A DNA stretch of 63,031 bases, filler included. It is 8 parts of 8 records of this genome, joined end to end, with 100 filler letters (N's around TTAATTAATTAA, not from the genome) between each part and the next. Parts side by side here need not be neighbours in the genome. Positions count along the whole stretch, not along the records: positions 1 to 6,644 come from SRR31156797_41427; positions 6,745 to 11,932 come from SRR31156797_41512; 6 more parts are not named here. One strand, written 5' to 3'. This document shows, piece after piece, positions 1-10,032 of this stretch; position 1 is the first letter of the stretch, and each line of letters opens with the position of its first letter. Both the position numbers and the translations under genes were made by a program. The notes below the pieces were generated by a model, which did no database searches, was not told the origin of the DNA, and worked only from the letters and a program-made list of their open reading frames with translations.

Positions 1-4
1 AAAA

Positions 5-39
5 GAAAAACCCGTTGTAAAATACTACAGTGGGTTTTT
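5..39. terminator. Intrinsic terminator-like hairpin downstream of glycerate kinase
   Basis: AAAAACCC...GGGTTTTT inverted repeat with A/T tracts on both sides. Confidence 0.5.
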
Positions 40-118
40 AGATTTATAAAATTACCGGGCTTACTGAAAGTCTTATAAACCGGCTAACGAAGGAACTTCT
101 GTAAAAAGGTTACAGCTT

Positions 119-1243
119 CTATTCTTTTAAATATTGTTGAGCAAATATTTCTGAAGCCTTTCGCAAATAGATTGCTGAATTTTTCATTGAATCTTCAAAA
201 CCACTGGCTTGCTCCATCATTTCAGCCAGGAAATCAATTCCATGTTCTTTAAGTTGCTGTTCATTTAATTCGCTTATCCCGCAAAAAACAGCCAGTTTTT
301 GTTTGGTCCGTGAATCTAAAACACCTTTAATTACCTTTCCAGAAAAAGTTTGCTCATCAAACTTCCCCTCGCCAGTAATTATCCAATCTGCATCATCCAC
401 CTTTTCATCGAAATTCGCCATATCTTTCACAAGCCTAGTACCCGATTTTAGTTCTGCATTTAAGAATAAAACACAGCCAGCTCCAAGTCCTCCGGCAGCA
501 CCAGCCCCGGGAATACTTTGCAAATCTTTACCAAATTGAGCGTTTACCACTGCATTAAAGTTTTGCAAACCTTTGTCCAACTTCTCTACAATTTCCGGAG
601 AAGCTCCCTTTTGCGGAGAATAAATATGCGCTGCCCCGTTTATTCCAAATAAGGGATTATCAACGTCGCAGGCCACTTCAAACTTTGTATCGCTCAATTT
701 CTCTAACACATTTAAAGTATCGATAGAATGCAAACGGTTCAAATCAGCCCCCTTACCTTCAAGCTCCTTGCCTTCTTTATCCAAAAAACAAAATCCAAGG
801 GCTCTCGCCATTCCCATACCAGCATCGTTGGTTGAGCTTCCGCCAATTCCCAGAATTATATGCTTTGCTCCCTTTTTAATCGCATCATTTATCAACTCCC
901 CGGTACCAAAAGTTGATGTTTTCATAGGATTTAACTCCTCCATCTTTAATAAGCGAATTCCGGAAGCTTCTGCCATCTCAATAAAAGCCATCTTCTGTTG
1001 AGAAGAAAATAAATAACTGGCACTTATTTCCCTTTGAAGCGGATCCTCAACATTTATTACTTCAATCTGTCCTCCTGCATAAAACTGTAGTGCTTCAACA
1101 GTACCATCTCCCCCGTCGGCCAAAGGAAGTTTTAGTATTTCAGCATTATCAATATGTTTTCTAATACCCAGTTCAACTGCACGGCAAAACTCTATTCCCG
1201 TTAGTGAACCCTTAAACTTATCTGGTGCAATTACTATTTTCAT
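119..1243 (-). CDS. glxK: Glycerate kinase (GlxK/GarK family)
   Basis: N-terminal IVIAPDKFKGSL, PLADGGDGT, GIGGSSTNDAG, GAGAAGGLG and ITGEGKFDEQT motifs. Confidence 0.93.
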   Translation of the reverse strand: MKIVIAPDKFKGSLTGIEFCRAVELGIRKHIDNAEILKLPLADGGDGTVEALQFYAGGQIEVINVEDPLQREISASYLFSSQQKMAFIEMAEASGIRLLKMEELNPMKTSTFGTGELINDAIKKGAKHIILGIGGSSTNDAGMGMARALGFCFLDKEGKELEGKGADLNRLHSIDTLNVLEKLSDTKFEVACDVDNPLFGINGAAHIYSPQKGASPEIVEKLDKGLQNFNAVVNAQFGKDLQSIPGAGAAGGLGAGCVLFLNAELKSGTRLVKDMANFDEKVDDADWIITGEGKFDEQTFSGKVIKGVLDSRTKQKLAVFCGISELNEQQLKEHGIDFLAEMMEQASGFEDSMKNSAIYLRKASEIFAQQYLKE

Positions 1244-1341
1244 TCTTTTGTTGATATGTAATTACTTCCAATATATGAACTTTCAATAAAACAGCAGAAA
1301 AAGAAACTTCTTGTTAACTTTACCCGTCAAAAATTTAAACT

Positions 1342-2160
1342 ATGATACCGCAAATTGAAAACTTAAAATATACCGATTCAGGAAACTTCTTTTTAATGGC
1401 CGGACCCTGCGCGATTGAAGGTGAGCAAATGGCGCTCGAAATTGCAGAAAAAGTGGTAAACATCACCGATAAACTAAAAATACCATACATTTTTAAAGGA
1501 TCATACCGCAAGGCTAACCGGTCGCGTATCGATTCATTCACTGGTATAGGTGACGAAAAAGCATTAAAAATCTTACAAAAGGTTAAAGAAACCTTCAATA
1601 TTCCGGTAGTAACAGATATTCATACGGCAGAAGAAGCAACAATAGCTGCCCGCTATGTTGATGTGTTGCAGATACCTGCTTTTTTGTGCCGTCAAACCGA
1701 TATTTTAGTGGCAGCAGCCAACACCGGAAAATTTGTTAACATTAAAAAAGGACAGTTTCTTTCAGCTGAGGCCATGAAGTTTGCTGTTTCAAAGGTTCAG
1801 GAAAGTGGCAATAACAATATTATTCTTACTGAAAGAGGTACAACTTTTGGCTATCAAGACCTTATAGTTGACTACCGGGGAATACCAGAAATGAAAGCTT
1901 TTGAAATTCCCGTAGTATTGGATATTACACATTCGCTTCAACAACCGAACCAAACAAGTGGAGTTACCGGTGGTAAACCCCAACTAATTGAAACGGTAGC
2001 CCGAGCTGGTATTGCTGTAGGTGTTGATGGTATTTTTATAGAAACTCATCCTGAACCAGGAATTGCCAAATCGGATGGAGCCAATATGTTACGCTTAGAC
2101 CTACTTGAGCCATTACTGAATAAACTTGTATTGATAAAACAAACGATAAATAATTTTTAA
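1342..2160 (+). CDS. kdsA: KDO-8-phosphate synthase
   Basis: AGPCAIE, KANRS, QIPAFLCRQTD, KKGQFL and SDG motifs. Confidence 0.97.
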   Translation: MIPQIENLKYTDSGNFFLMAGPCAIEGEQMALEIAEKVVNITDKLKIPYIFKGSYRKANRSRIDSFTGIGDEKALKILQKVKETFNIPVVTDIHTAEEATIAARYVDVLQIPAFLCRQTDILVAAANTGKFVNIKKGQFLSAEAMKFAVSKVQESGNNNIILTERGTTFGYQDLIVDYRGIPEMKAFEIPVVLDITHSLQQPNQTSGVTGGKPQLIETVARAGIAVGVDGIFIETHPEPGIAKSDGANMLRLDLLEPLLNKLVLIKQTINNF

Positions 2161-2161
2161 A

Positions 2162-2644
2162 ATGATATTTGAAAAATTGTTCATTGAACTGGAGGAACAA
2201 GTGAAAGAATGGTCGAAAAGATTTGAACAGCTTGACAAGGATTGTATAACGCAGTTTAGAAATAATCAGAACCGTTCGATAAAACAAGTTGTTGGTCATA
2301 TGGTAGACTCTGTTTCCAATAATACACACCGGGTTATACACCTCCAATATCAACAAGCTCCAGTTGAATTTCCGAATTACGCTACTTATGGAAATAATGA
2401 CCGGTGGATTGCCATTCAGAACTATCAAAACGAAGATTGGAATATTTTAATACGAACCTGGGAATATTTACACTTACATTTTATCCATGTCATTAAAAAC
2501 ATTGACAGAAAGAAATTAGGCAACCAATGGGTGGCGGACAAGAATAAATTGATTTCGTTAAAGGATATGATCGAAGATTTTCCTCGACACTTCCAACTTC
2601 ACATAAAACAAATTGAAGAACTAATCAACCAATCTGAAAAATAA
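2162..2644 (+). CDS. DinB/YfiT-like family protein
   Basis: SIKQVVGHMVDS and C-terminal HFQLHIKQI His pattern; starts 1 nt after kdsA. Confidence 0.75.
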   Translation: MIFEKLFIELEEQVKEWSKRFEQLDKDCITQFRNNQNRSIKQVVGHMVDSVSNNTHRVIHLQYQQAPVEFPNYATYGNNDRWIAIQNYQNEDWNILIRTWEYLHLHFIHVIKNIDRKKLGNQWVADKNKLISLKDMIEDFPRHFQLHIKQIEELINQSEK

Positions 2645-2798
2645 ACAAACGCCGGAGTTTTCTAGAAAATGCAAATTTACAGAGCATGCTCCGAATTAAT
2701 GGAAGTTTTAACCATTAACCACAAAATAAGATTTGGCAGATTTAATAGTATAAAAAAGGTAGCCCGATGAGCTACCTTTATGCGTATTTAATGACAGG

Positions 2799-5447
2799 TT
2801 AGAACCTGTAACTAATTTCGGCCCCCATAAAACGAGGTGGCCCGGCAATATATGTTGGAATACCAAATGATCCGCCTGTATTACCAGCATCGATTACATA
2901 TTCCTCATCAAAAGCATTTGTTACAAATAAATCCAGCGTACATTTCTGAATGTTTATTCCTGCTCTAAAATTTAACAAACCAAATGCATCCTGGCTAATA
3001 TCTTCTGTGTTGTCTTCCTCAAAATACACTTTCGACCTGTAACTGTATGTCGGAAGAAAGAATACATTCATTTTATCATTGAACGGAACTGTTAAGTTAC
3101 AACCAATAGCAAATGAATGCTTTGGGGTAAGCCTGAAAGTATTTCCGGCATATTCCTGTTCATTGCCATCAGCGTCTTTATCGTCAAATGAAGCATCGAT
3201 AAAAGCATAATTCCCAAACAGATTAAGCATTTTGTTTACCTGATATTTTAAAGAAGCTTCGAAACCAATAGCAGTAGCGTTACCTGCATCTTTTGTTACG
3301 TACTGTAAATTTTCGTTAACTGCGCTGGTTTGAAAATCGCTGTAATCGTAGTAAAATGCTGCTAAATCATAATATAAATTTCCGGCCGGATTTAATCCTT
3401 TTGTTCCCAGTTCGTAACTCCAAACTATCTCATCATTTAATTCTTCAACCTCGTACGAACTGCTATATGTGCCTTCATTGTTGGCTACCATATTAAACTG
3501 AATTACGTTTGGCCGACGGCCACGGGAAAAGTTAATATATAAATCGTTATTTTCTGTAATACTGTAATTTGAAGCCAAACGTCCCACCATGGAAACATAA
3601 TTATCTCCTGCGGTTAATTTTCCATCGGTTTCCATCCAGATATCATTTGTCCCCGAATTACGTGCAAAACCAAGTGTCCCAAGACCATCTCCATCAACCT
3701 GGTACCCCGATTCAATATCTTCAAATGTTAAACGTAAACCGGCAGTTAAGCTAAATTTATTGTTAATATGATAAGTTCCATCAACAAAGAACTCGTAAGC
3801 ACTGTTTTTTCCATAATTGGTATAGCTCTCGGTATGACTTTCCTCCAGGTCTCGCATAAACATGTAATAAATTGCAGGATAAGCACTAGCGATATAAGCA
3901 AGATTATTGCTGTTGCTAACTAATCCGGCCAAATTGGAAACATAGTTTGGTACTCCTTCTGTTAACATTGGTGTTGCTCCCATTTCCATATCGGGAAGTC
4001 CATAAACAGAAAGTGCTGAATTTATTGGGTCAAGAACTCCACTATTTACAGTTGTGGTTAATGCAGACAAATTAGACATTAACACTGCCAGGCTTTTTTC
4101 GTTGGTCCATAGTGGAACGTTGGTATAACCATCTTCAAAAAAATAGCTTGCACCGGCAAAGCCTTCAAACTTATCGTTTATCTTAAAGTTTGCTCTTATT
4201 TCCTCACTAAACTGTTTGCCAAAAGCCTTTTCAGCCATAAGCAAAGCAGGAGCAACTGTACCATCAGCATCAAACTTCTCATACGAATCAAACTCACGAT
4301 AGGCAGTTGTAGAAGTTAAACTAAATTTTTCAGAAAAAGAATGGCGGGCAATCAACGATGTTCCCCATACCAATCGATCCAAACCAAGCTCTTCACCCGC
4401 TTCCATATCAGCAAAGGTCCACGGATTTGTATCGCCACCTACCGGGGCATAAGTACCACTTTTAAATGAAGTTCCCGGAGGTGTATCCTTTTGATAGTTG
4501 TAAATTACATCGATATTTGTCATAGAAGTTGGCTTGAACTTTATCGACCCCCTAAAAGCTTTCGTGTCTTTTCCGTTCAAATCTCCTCCTGATAGGTTTT
4601 CAATATAGCCATCTCGTTTCTTATAAATACCTGCAGCACGCACAAATAATTTATCTTTTACAACCGGGGTGTTAAAATAGCCTTGAAGATGGGTATAGGC
4701 GTAATTACCATAACCGGCTGTAAATCCACCTTCGGTTTTGTTTTTTGCCTTATTCTGAATAAAATGAATTGCTCCTATCTGCGCTCCTCTCCCAAACAAT
4801 GTACCTTGAGGTCCTTTTAGTACCTCTACACGTTCCATATCGTAAACTTCGATAACCGATCCACGCGATTTACTAATTGAGACACCATCCTGAAAAACAG
4901 AAACCCGGGGCTCAACATTAGCAGCACCGTTATCGCTGGTTATCCCTCGTATTACAAAACCAGGGTTATTCGGACTCTGTAACTGGATTTGCATTCCGGG
5001 CACATATTCCGATAAATTATCAAGTTCGGTTATTCCTACCTTATCTAAAAAAATTGCATCTAAAGATGTTAAAGCGGTAGGTATTTCCTTAATCGACTGT
5101 TCGCGTTTCTGCGCCGTAACAATCAAACCTTCCAAAACAACCTCTTTTGCTTCCAGTACAAAATCAAGTTTATTTTCACCTGGTTTTAGCTGAATCTTTT
5201 GCGTTAATAGTTCAAACCCGATAAAAGAAACCAGGAGTGTATATTCACCTGTTTTTAGATTCGAAAACTTGAATATTCCGTTAAAATCGGTTGCCGTCCC
5301 TTTTTCCAGTTCCTCAAGATAAACATTAGCGCCAGCAAGCGCTTCTCCTTTTTTATCTGTAACCTTTCCTAAAAAGGTAGCGTCCTGCGCTTTTCCAGCT
5401 ACAGCTAAGAACAAGGCTACCAGGCACATAAAGAAATTAAGTTTCAT
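2799..5447 (-). CDS. TonB-dependent receptor with N-terminal carboxypeptidase-regulatory-like domain
   Basis: Signal peptide, VTAQKREQ, plug motif ERVEVLKGPQGTLFGR, C-terminal Phe (SYRF). Confidence 0.93.
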   Translation of the reverse strand: MKLNFFMCLVALFLAVAGKAQDATFLGKVTDKKGEALAGANVYLEELEKGTATDFNGIFKFSNLKTGEYTLLVSFIGFELLTQKIQLKPGENKLDFVLEAKEVVLEGLIVTAQKREQSIKEIPTALTSLDAIFLDKVGITELDNLSEYVPGMQIQLQSPNNPGFVIRGITSDNGAANVEPRVSVFQDGVSISKSRGSVIEVYDMERVEVLKGPQGTLFGRGAQIGAIHFIQNKAKNKTEGGFTAGYGNYAYTHLQGYFNTPVVKDKLFVRAAGIYKKRDGYIENLSGGDLNGKDTKAFRGSIKFKPTSMTNIDVIYNYQKDTPPGTSFKSGTYAPVGGDTNPWTFADMEAGEELGLDRLVWGTSLIARHSFSEKFSLTSTTAYREFDSYEKFDADGTVAPALLMAEKAFGKQFSEEIRANFKINDKFEGFAGASYFFEDGYTNVPLWTNEKSLAVLMSNLSALTTTVNSGVLDPINSALSVYGLPDMEMGATPMLTEGVPNYVSNLAGLVSNSNNLAYIASAYPAIYYMFMRDLEESHTESYTNYGKNSAYEFFVDGTYHINNKFSLTAGLRLTFEDIESGYQVDGDGLGTLGFARNSGTNDIWMETDGKLTAGDNYVSMVGRLASNYSITENNDLYINFSRGRRPNVIQFNMVANNEGTYSSSYEVEELNDEIVWSYELGTKGLNPAGNLYYDLAAFYYDYSDFQTSAVNENLQYVTKDAGNATAIGFEASLKYQVNKMLNLFGNYAFIDASFDDKDADGNEQEYAGNTFRLTPKHSFAIGCNLTVPFNDKMNVFFLPTYSYRSKVYFEEDNTEDISQDAFGLLNFRAGINIQKCTLDLFVTNAFDEEYVIDAGNTGGSFGIPTYIAGPPRFMGAEISYRF

Positions 5448-5572
5448 AACTATGGATTAATATTTTTTAATCCTCAAGTTTAAAACTCAAATATTTCCAT
5501 ATAGTTAAATAAAAGTTTTTATCGTAAAAACTATGTTAAATTACTGAGGGGAAATTAAAAACAATTTAACAT

Positions 5573-6644
5573 CTAATTTGAATAGAAAAATAAATAAGCT
5601 AAAAGGATTGAGGCAATTATTCCCACAAAATCGGCAATTAAACCACAAACCACAGCATAACGCGTATTTTTAATTCCAACCGCTCCGAAATAAACAGCTA
5701 AAATATAAAAGGTAGTATCTGTCGCTCCCTGAACAGTACTGGCTACCCGACCAACAAACGAATCGGCACCATAAGTTGTCATCGCATCTACCATCATACC
5801 ACGTGCCCCACTGCCGCTTAAAGGTTTCATTAATGCGGTAGGAAGAGCAGGGGTAAAATCGGCATTTATCCCAACAAAATCAAAACACCAGGTAACACCT
5901 GCCACAACCCAGTCCATCGCCCCTGAAGCCCGAAAAACACCAATGGCAACTAAAATTGCAACCAGGTAAGGAATAATTTTAACAGCAGTTTTAAAGCCAT
6001 CTTTTGCCCCTTCAATAAAAGCTTCATAAACATTTACTTTTCGAAAAAGAGCCAAAAGGATAAAAGCAATTATTACGGTAAAAAGAATAGTATTGCTTGC
6101 AATTTTAGAAACGGCAGTTATCGCTTCTTTATCCAGGGTTGAAAAATACCATATAATACCTGTAATTATTGCAGTTAAGCCACCAAGATAAGCCAACACC
6201 GTTTTATCTAACAGGTTAATTTTTTGATAGGCTGCAACAGAAATTAATCCGGCAATGGTTGAAAAGTAGGTGGCCAGAAGAATGGGAATAAAAATATCAG
6301 AAGGATTAACGGCCCCTAACTGTGCGCGATATACCATAATGCTTATAGGTAAAAGCGTTAATCCAGAAGTATTCAACACCAAAAACATAATTTGTGCATT
6401 CGAAGCAGTATTCTTATTTGGATTTGTTTCCTGCATCTCTTTCATGGCCTGTAATCCCATGGGAGTAGCTGCATTATCTAAATTCAGCATATTAGCTGCT
6501 ATATTCATCATAATAGAGCCATGTGCCGGATGCTCCTTGCCCAATTCTGGAAATAGTTTGTTAAAAAAAGGACCGATTAACTTTGAAAACACATGAACAA
6601 TTCCTCCTTTTTCACCAATTTTCATAATCCCCATCCAAAGGGTT
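5573..6644 (-). CDS. SpmA/SpmB-like nucleoside recognition (Gate) domain membrane protein, 5'-truncated at contig edge
   Basis: NMLNLDNAATPMG, FLVLNTS, KPLSGSGA and TTFYILAVYFG motifs; frame open to the linker. Confidence 0.85.
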
Positions 6645-6744
6645 NNNNNNNNNNNNNNNNNNNNNNNNNNNNNNNNNNNNNNNNNNNNTTAATTAATTAA
6701 NNNNNNNNNNNNNNNNNNNNNNNNNNNNNNNNNNNNNNNNNNNN
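6645..6744. other. Artificial contig linker
   Basis: N-run + TTAATTAATTAA (stops in all six frames) + N-run. Confidence 0.99.
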
Positions 6745-6927
6745 GAGCTTGAAGCTCTTGAGCTTTCCTACAAAGCAATCGACTGCGGCGCCGTCGGTGT
6801 TGATATGGGACGCAACATCTTCCAGTCTGAAGATCCCGCCGCTATGGCGCAGGCTGTTGCCGGCGTCGTTCACGACGGTCTTACGCCGGAACAAGGTCTT
6901 GAGAAGTTTAACGATCTGAAGGCCTGA
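6745..6927 (+). CDS. lsrF: LsrF-like class I aldolase/thiolase, C-terminal fragment (not in ORF track)
   Basis: Manual translation [43 protein letters not shown]...[13 protein letters not shown] is typical of LsrF. Confidence 0.8.
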   Translation, partial: ELEALELSYKAIDCGAVGVDMGRNIFQSEDPAAMAQAVAGVVHDGLTPEQGLEKFNDLKA

Positions 6928-7267
6928 GCGTTCAGGGCGCTGTCAAAGCGTATCTCGGAATAGAAACTGTATTTCAAAAATGATCGATAAGGTTTTTTTC
7001 GTGATAAGACCGGCTTGCCTGACCCGCCCTCCGCCGCCCCTGGGCGCCGCAGGGTAGCGCATGGCAGTGGAGGGGGCCGCAAGCCTCTCATGAAAGCATA
7101 GAACCGAATCGTATGTACCAGTGGTGTCGAACTGTCGGGAACGGGTGGTTCCTTCCGCCGGCATCACAGGGGGTACATATTAAAAAACTGAATATTTCTG
7201 CAGAGGGATGTCGGATCGCTCCGCAGAAAGAAAAAACAAAAGTGTCGCAGACACTTTAGGAGGATTT

Positions 7268-8245
7268 ATGAAAAAAATGGGAACCCTTGTCGTTGTTTTG
7301 GTGATGCTGTTTGTCACCATGACCGCCTACGCGAATGGCGAGCAGGATGATACGCATCGGGTCGTATTCACTCAGTTCAGCGGAACGAATCCCGTAGCGA
7401 GCGACCTGGCGAAAGGATTCGAGCGTACTGCGGGTGAAATGGGCATCGACCTGTGGGTCATGGACAACAAACTGGATCCTGTACAGATGGTTACCAATGC
7501 CAATCTGGCGGTATCCGCCGGCGATGTCGATTTCTATATACTGTATACCAACGACATCGCATCGAACCCTCAGATCATGGATATCCTGGTTGAAGCCGAT
7601 ATGCCCGTTCTGACGATTGCCACCGATGCCATAGCGTCTGACGGTACCACCGCCCCTCTGATCTTCTCCATGGAAGACAATTACGGTCTGGCATATAAGT
7701 CGGCCTCTTATCTCGGCCAGTACGCCAAAGATATGGGTTGGGCCGAAGAGGATCTTGTCTTTATCAGCATGGGCTTCCTGGAAGCCGGTGGCGTTTTCCT
7801 TGAGCGGAGCCGCGGAGCGCTGGAAGGCATGCAGTCTGTTTATCCGAACATCGAGTATATCGAAACCAGTTCCACCGGCAGCGCGGAAGTCGCTCGTCAG
7901 AGGACCGTGGACATTCTTACCAGCAATCCCGGTAAGAAATTCGTATGCTGGACGCATTCCGACGACGTTACCGCCGGTATGATCGCAGCCATCGAAACCA
8001 ATGTCGGCAAGGAAAACGGCCTGATCGTCAGCGGTGGTCTGAACGTCGGCATGCTGGATATGCTCCGGAATCCCGATGGTATCCTGGTCGGCAGCATTGA
8101 CTCGAACTGGTTGGGATGGGGAGATTACGTTCTGCCTATGATCGTTGACTATCTGGAAAACGGTAAGGAGCTTGATCCCATCATCAGCGCCCCTTGGGAG
8201 TTCCTGACCCCCGAAACTGTGGATAATAAATATCCACGTCAGTAA
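7268..8245 (+). CDS. Sugar ABC transporter substrate-binding protein (Peripla_BP type I)
   Basis: AGGAGG SD before ATG 7268; signal peptide ending AYANGEQ (Spirochaete-like); precedes ATPase and permease. Confidence 0.85.
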   Translation: MKKMGTLVVVLVMLFVTMTAYANGEQDDTHRVVFTQFSGTNPVASDLAKGFERTAGEMGIDLWVMDNKLDPVQMVTNANLAVSAGDVDFYILYTNDIASNPQIMDILVEADMPVLTIATDAIASDGTTAPLIFSMEDNYGLAYKSASYLGQYAKDMGWAEEDLVFISMGFLEAGGVFLERSRGALEGMQSVYPNIEYIETSSTGSAEVARQRTVDILTSNPGKKFVCWTHSDDVTAGMIAAIETNVGKENGLIVSGGLNVGMLDMLRNPDGILVGSIDSNWLGWGDYVLPMIVDYLENGKELDPIISAPWEFLTPETVDNKYPRQ

Positions 8246-8254
8246 GGTCGATTG

Positions 8255-8287
8255 AAACAGCGCTCGTGATGACTCACGAGGCTGTTT
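8255..8287 (+). terminator. Stem-loop after SBP gene
   Basis: AAACAGC-GCTCGTGA tgac TCACGAG-GCTGTTT inverted repeat. Confidence 0.5.
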
Positions 8288-8511
8288 GGGAACGAAAACA
8301 ATGAAAACGGAGGTCTTCCGGTAATGATTCCGGAAGACCTCCCGTCCACTCCGCGAGGGGATGGATTTTACAGTGCAGCGAAGCCATCGATCCTGTAGCG
8401 GATCGGTGATGTCGGCTGTGCCGGGATTATGAAGCAGATCTTATAGACTATTGCCCCGCTTATCAAAATGAGAATCGCGGGACAATCATTGCGGTATTAG
8501 GAACTCTGAGA

Positions 8512-10032
8512 ATGGATTGTATTCTATCAGCAAAGAAAATAAACAAATCATTTGGCGCGGCTCATGTGTTACGGGATGTCACCTTTGATTTGGGGTATGG
8601 AGAAATACATGGCTTGCTAGGCGAGAACGGCGCCGGCAAATCGACTTTGATAAAGATAATGTCCGGGGACTATACCATGGACAGCGGCGAAATCCATATG
8701 GACGGAACGCCGGTTCAGATCGCCAAGCCTGCCGAATCTCTTGAATTGGGGATCCGGGTTATCTACCAGGAATTCAATCTGGTTAAGACCTTGTCCGTGG
8801 CAGAGAACATTTACATAGGGGGTATGCCGCAGTCAAAATTCGGCCTGGTGGATAGAGCGGAAATGAATCGTCAGGCCGAAGAGCTTCTCGTCGGACTGGG
8901 TATCGAGGTTGATGTCCGGGAGATCGTCGGCAACATTTCTGTGGCGGAGCAACAGCTTGTAGAGATCGCCAAGGCGCTGAGCAAGCAGGCCAAGGTCCTC
9001 ATCATGGATGAGCCGACGGCGGCCTTGAGCGACCAGGAAACCAGCAAGCTTTTCGATGTCGTTCGCGGTTTACGCGACAAGGGCATCTCGGTGATTTTTA
9101 TTACGCACCGCCTTTCAGAGCAGTTCGAAATGTCGGACAGGATCACCGTCCTTCGCGACGGGCAGACGATCGGCACCGTCAACTCCAGGGACGTGGATAG
9201 CGACGAACTGGTCCGGATGATGGTCGGCAGGGAGGTGGGAGACCTGTATCCGAGGCATCTTGTGGAACCTGGAGAAGTGATATTCGAAGCGAAAAACCTG
9301 TGCGTGAACGACAGGGTGCGGGATATCAGCTTCAACATCCGCAGGGGAGAAATCGTTTCGTTCTTCGGTCTGATGGGCGCGGGGCAGGAGGCGATCTGCA
9401 AGGCGATGATCGGTGATCCTCCGCTTAGGTCCGGAACTATGTATCTGAACGGCGAAGAGCTTTCCATTGCCAATCTGCGGGAAGCCAATGCGAAAGGTGT
9501 GGGCTATGTCAGCAGCGATAGAAAGCAGGAAGGCTTGCTGCCGGCGATGAGCCTTAGCTCGAACATAACCACCGCCGCGCTGAAGAAGTTGGCCAAGTAT
9601 AAAATCTTCACCCAGAGAAAACTGGAGGGGAAGGTCACTCAAAACTGGATTGAACGTATGAATATCCGGTGCAGGGATGGTCAACAGCGAATCGACTCTC
9701 TCAGTGGGGGAAACCAGCAGAAGGCCATGATTTCCCGGTGGCTGAGCAATGACATCAAGCTCCTCATCCTCAATATGCCGACGCGGGGTGTCGATGTCGG
9801 AGCTAAGGCGGAAATCTATACGATCCTTGAGGAACTTGCCATGGAAGGTGTAGCGGTACTGGTATTCTCACTGGAATTGCTGGAGGTCTTGGGCATCTCC
9901 GATCGCGTGTATGTTCTGTGTGAAGGCGAAGTCACTGCGGAAGTTCCCATAGAGCAGGCGAATCAGGACATTCTGATGAAACATGCTGTTGCTAACTTTC
10001 TACATTTTGGAGGTAAGAAAGGTAATGAGTGA
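8512..10032 (+). CDS. Sugar ABC transporter ATP-binding protein (RbsA/MglA type, two NBDs)
   Basis: GENGAGKST, MDEPTAAL and LSGGNQQK motifs. Confidence 0.95.
   Translation: MDCILSAKKINKSFGAAHVLRDVTFDLGYGEIHGLLGENGAGKSTLIKIMSGDYTMDSGEIHMDGTPVQIAKPAESLELGIRVIYQEFNLVKTLSVAENIYIGGMPQSKFGLVDRAEMNRQAEELLVGLGIEVDVREIVGNISVAEQQLVEIAKALSKQAKVLIMDEPTAALSDQETSKLFDVVRGLRDKGISVIFITHRLSEQFEMSDRITVLRDGQTIGTVNSRDVDSDELVRMMVGREVGDLYPRHLVEPGEVIFEAKNLCVNDRVRDISFNIRRGEIVSFFGLMGAGQEAICKAMIGDPPLRSGTMYLNGEELSIANLREANAKGVGYVSSDRKQEGLLPAMSLSSNITTAALKKLAKYKIFTQRKLEGKVTQNWIERMNIRCRDGQQRIDSLSGGNQQKAMISRWLSNDIKLLILNMPTRGVDVGAKAEIYTILEELAMEGVAVLVFSLELLEVLGISDRVYVLCEGEVTAEVPIEQANQDILMKHAVANFLHFGGKKGNE

Noticed and set aside
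7256..7957. Long antisense ORFs (also 8871-9488, 9115-9684, 59981-60667)
   Set aside because: Shadows of well-supported genes on the opposite strand, with no recognisable motifs
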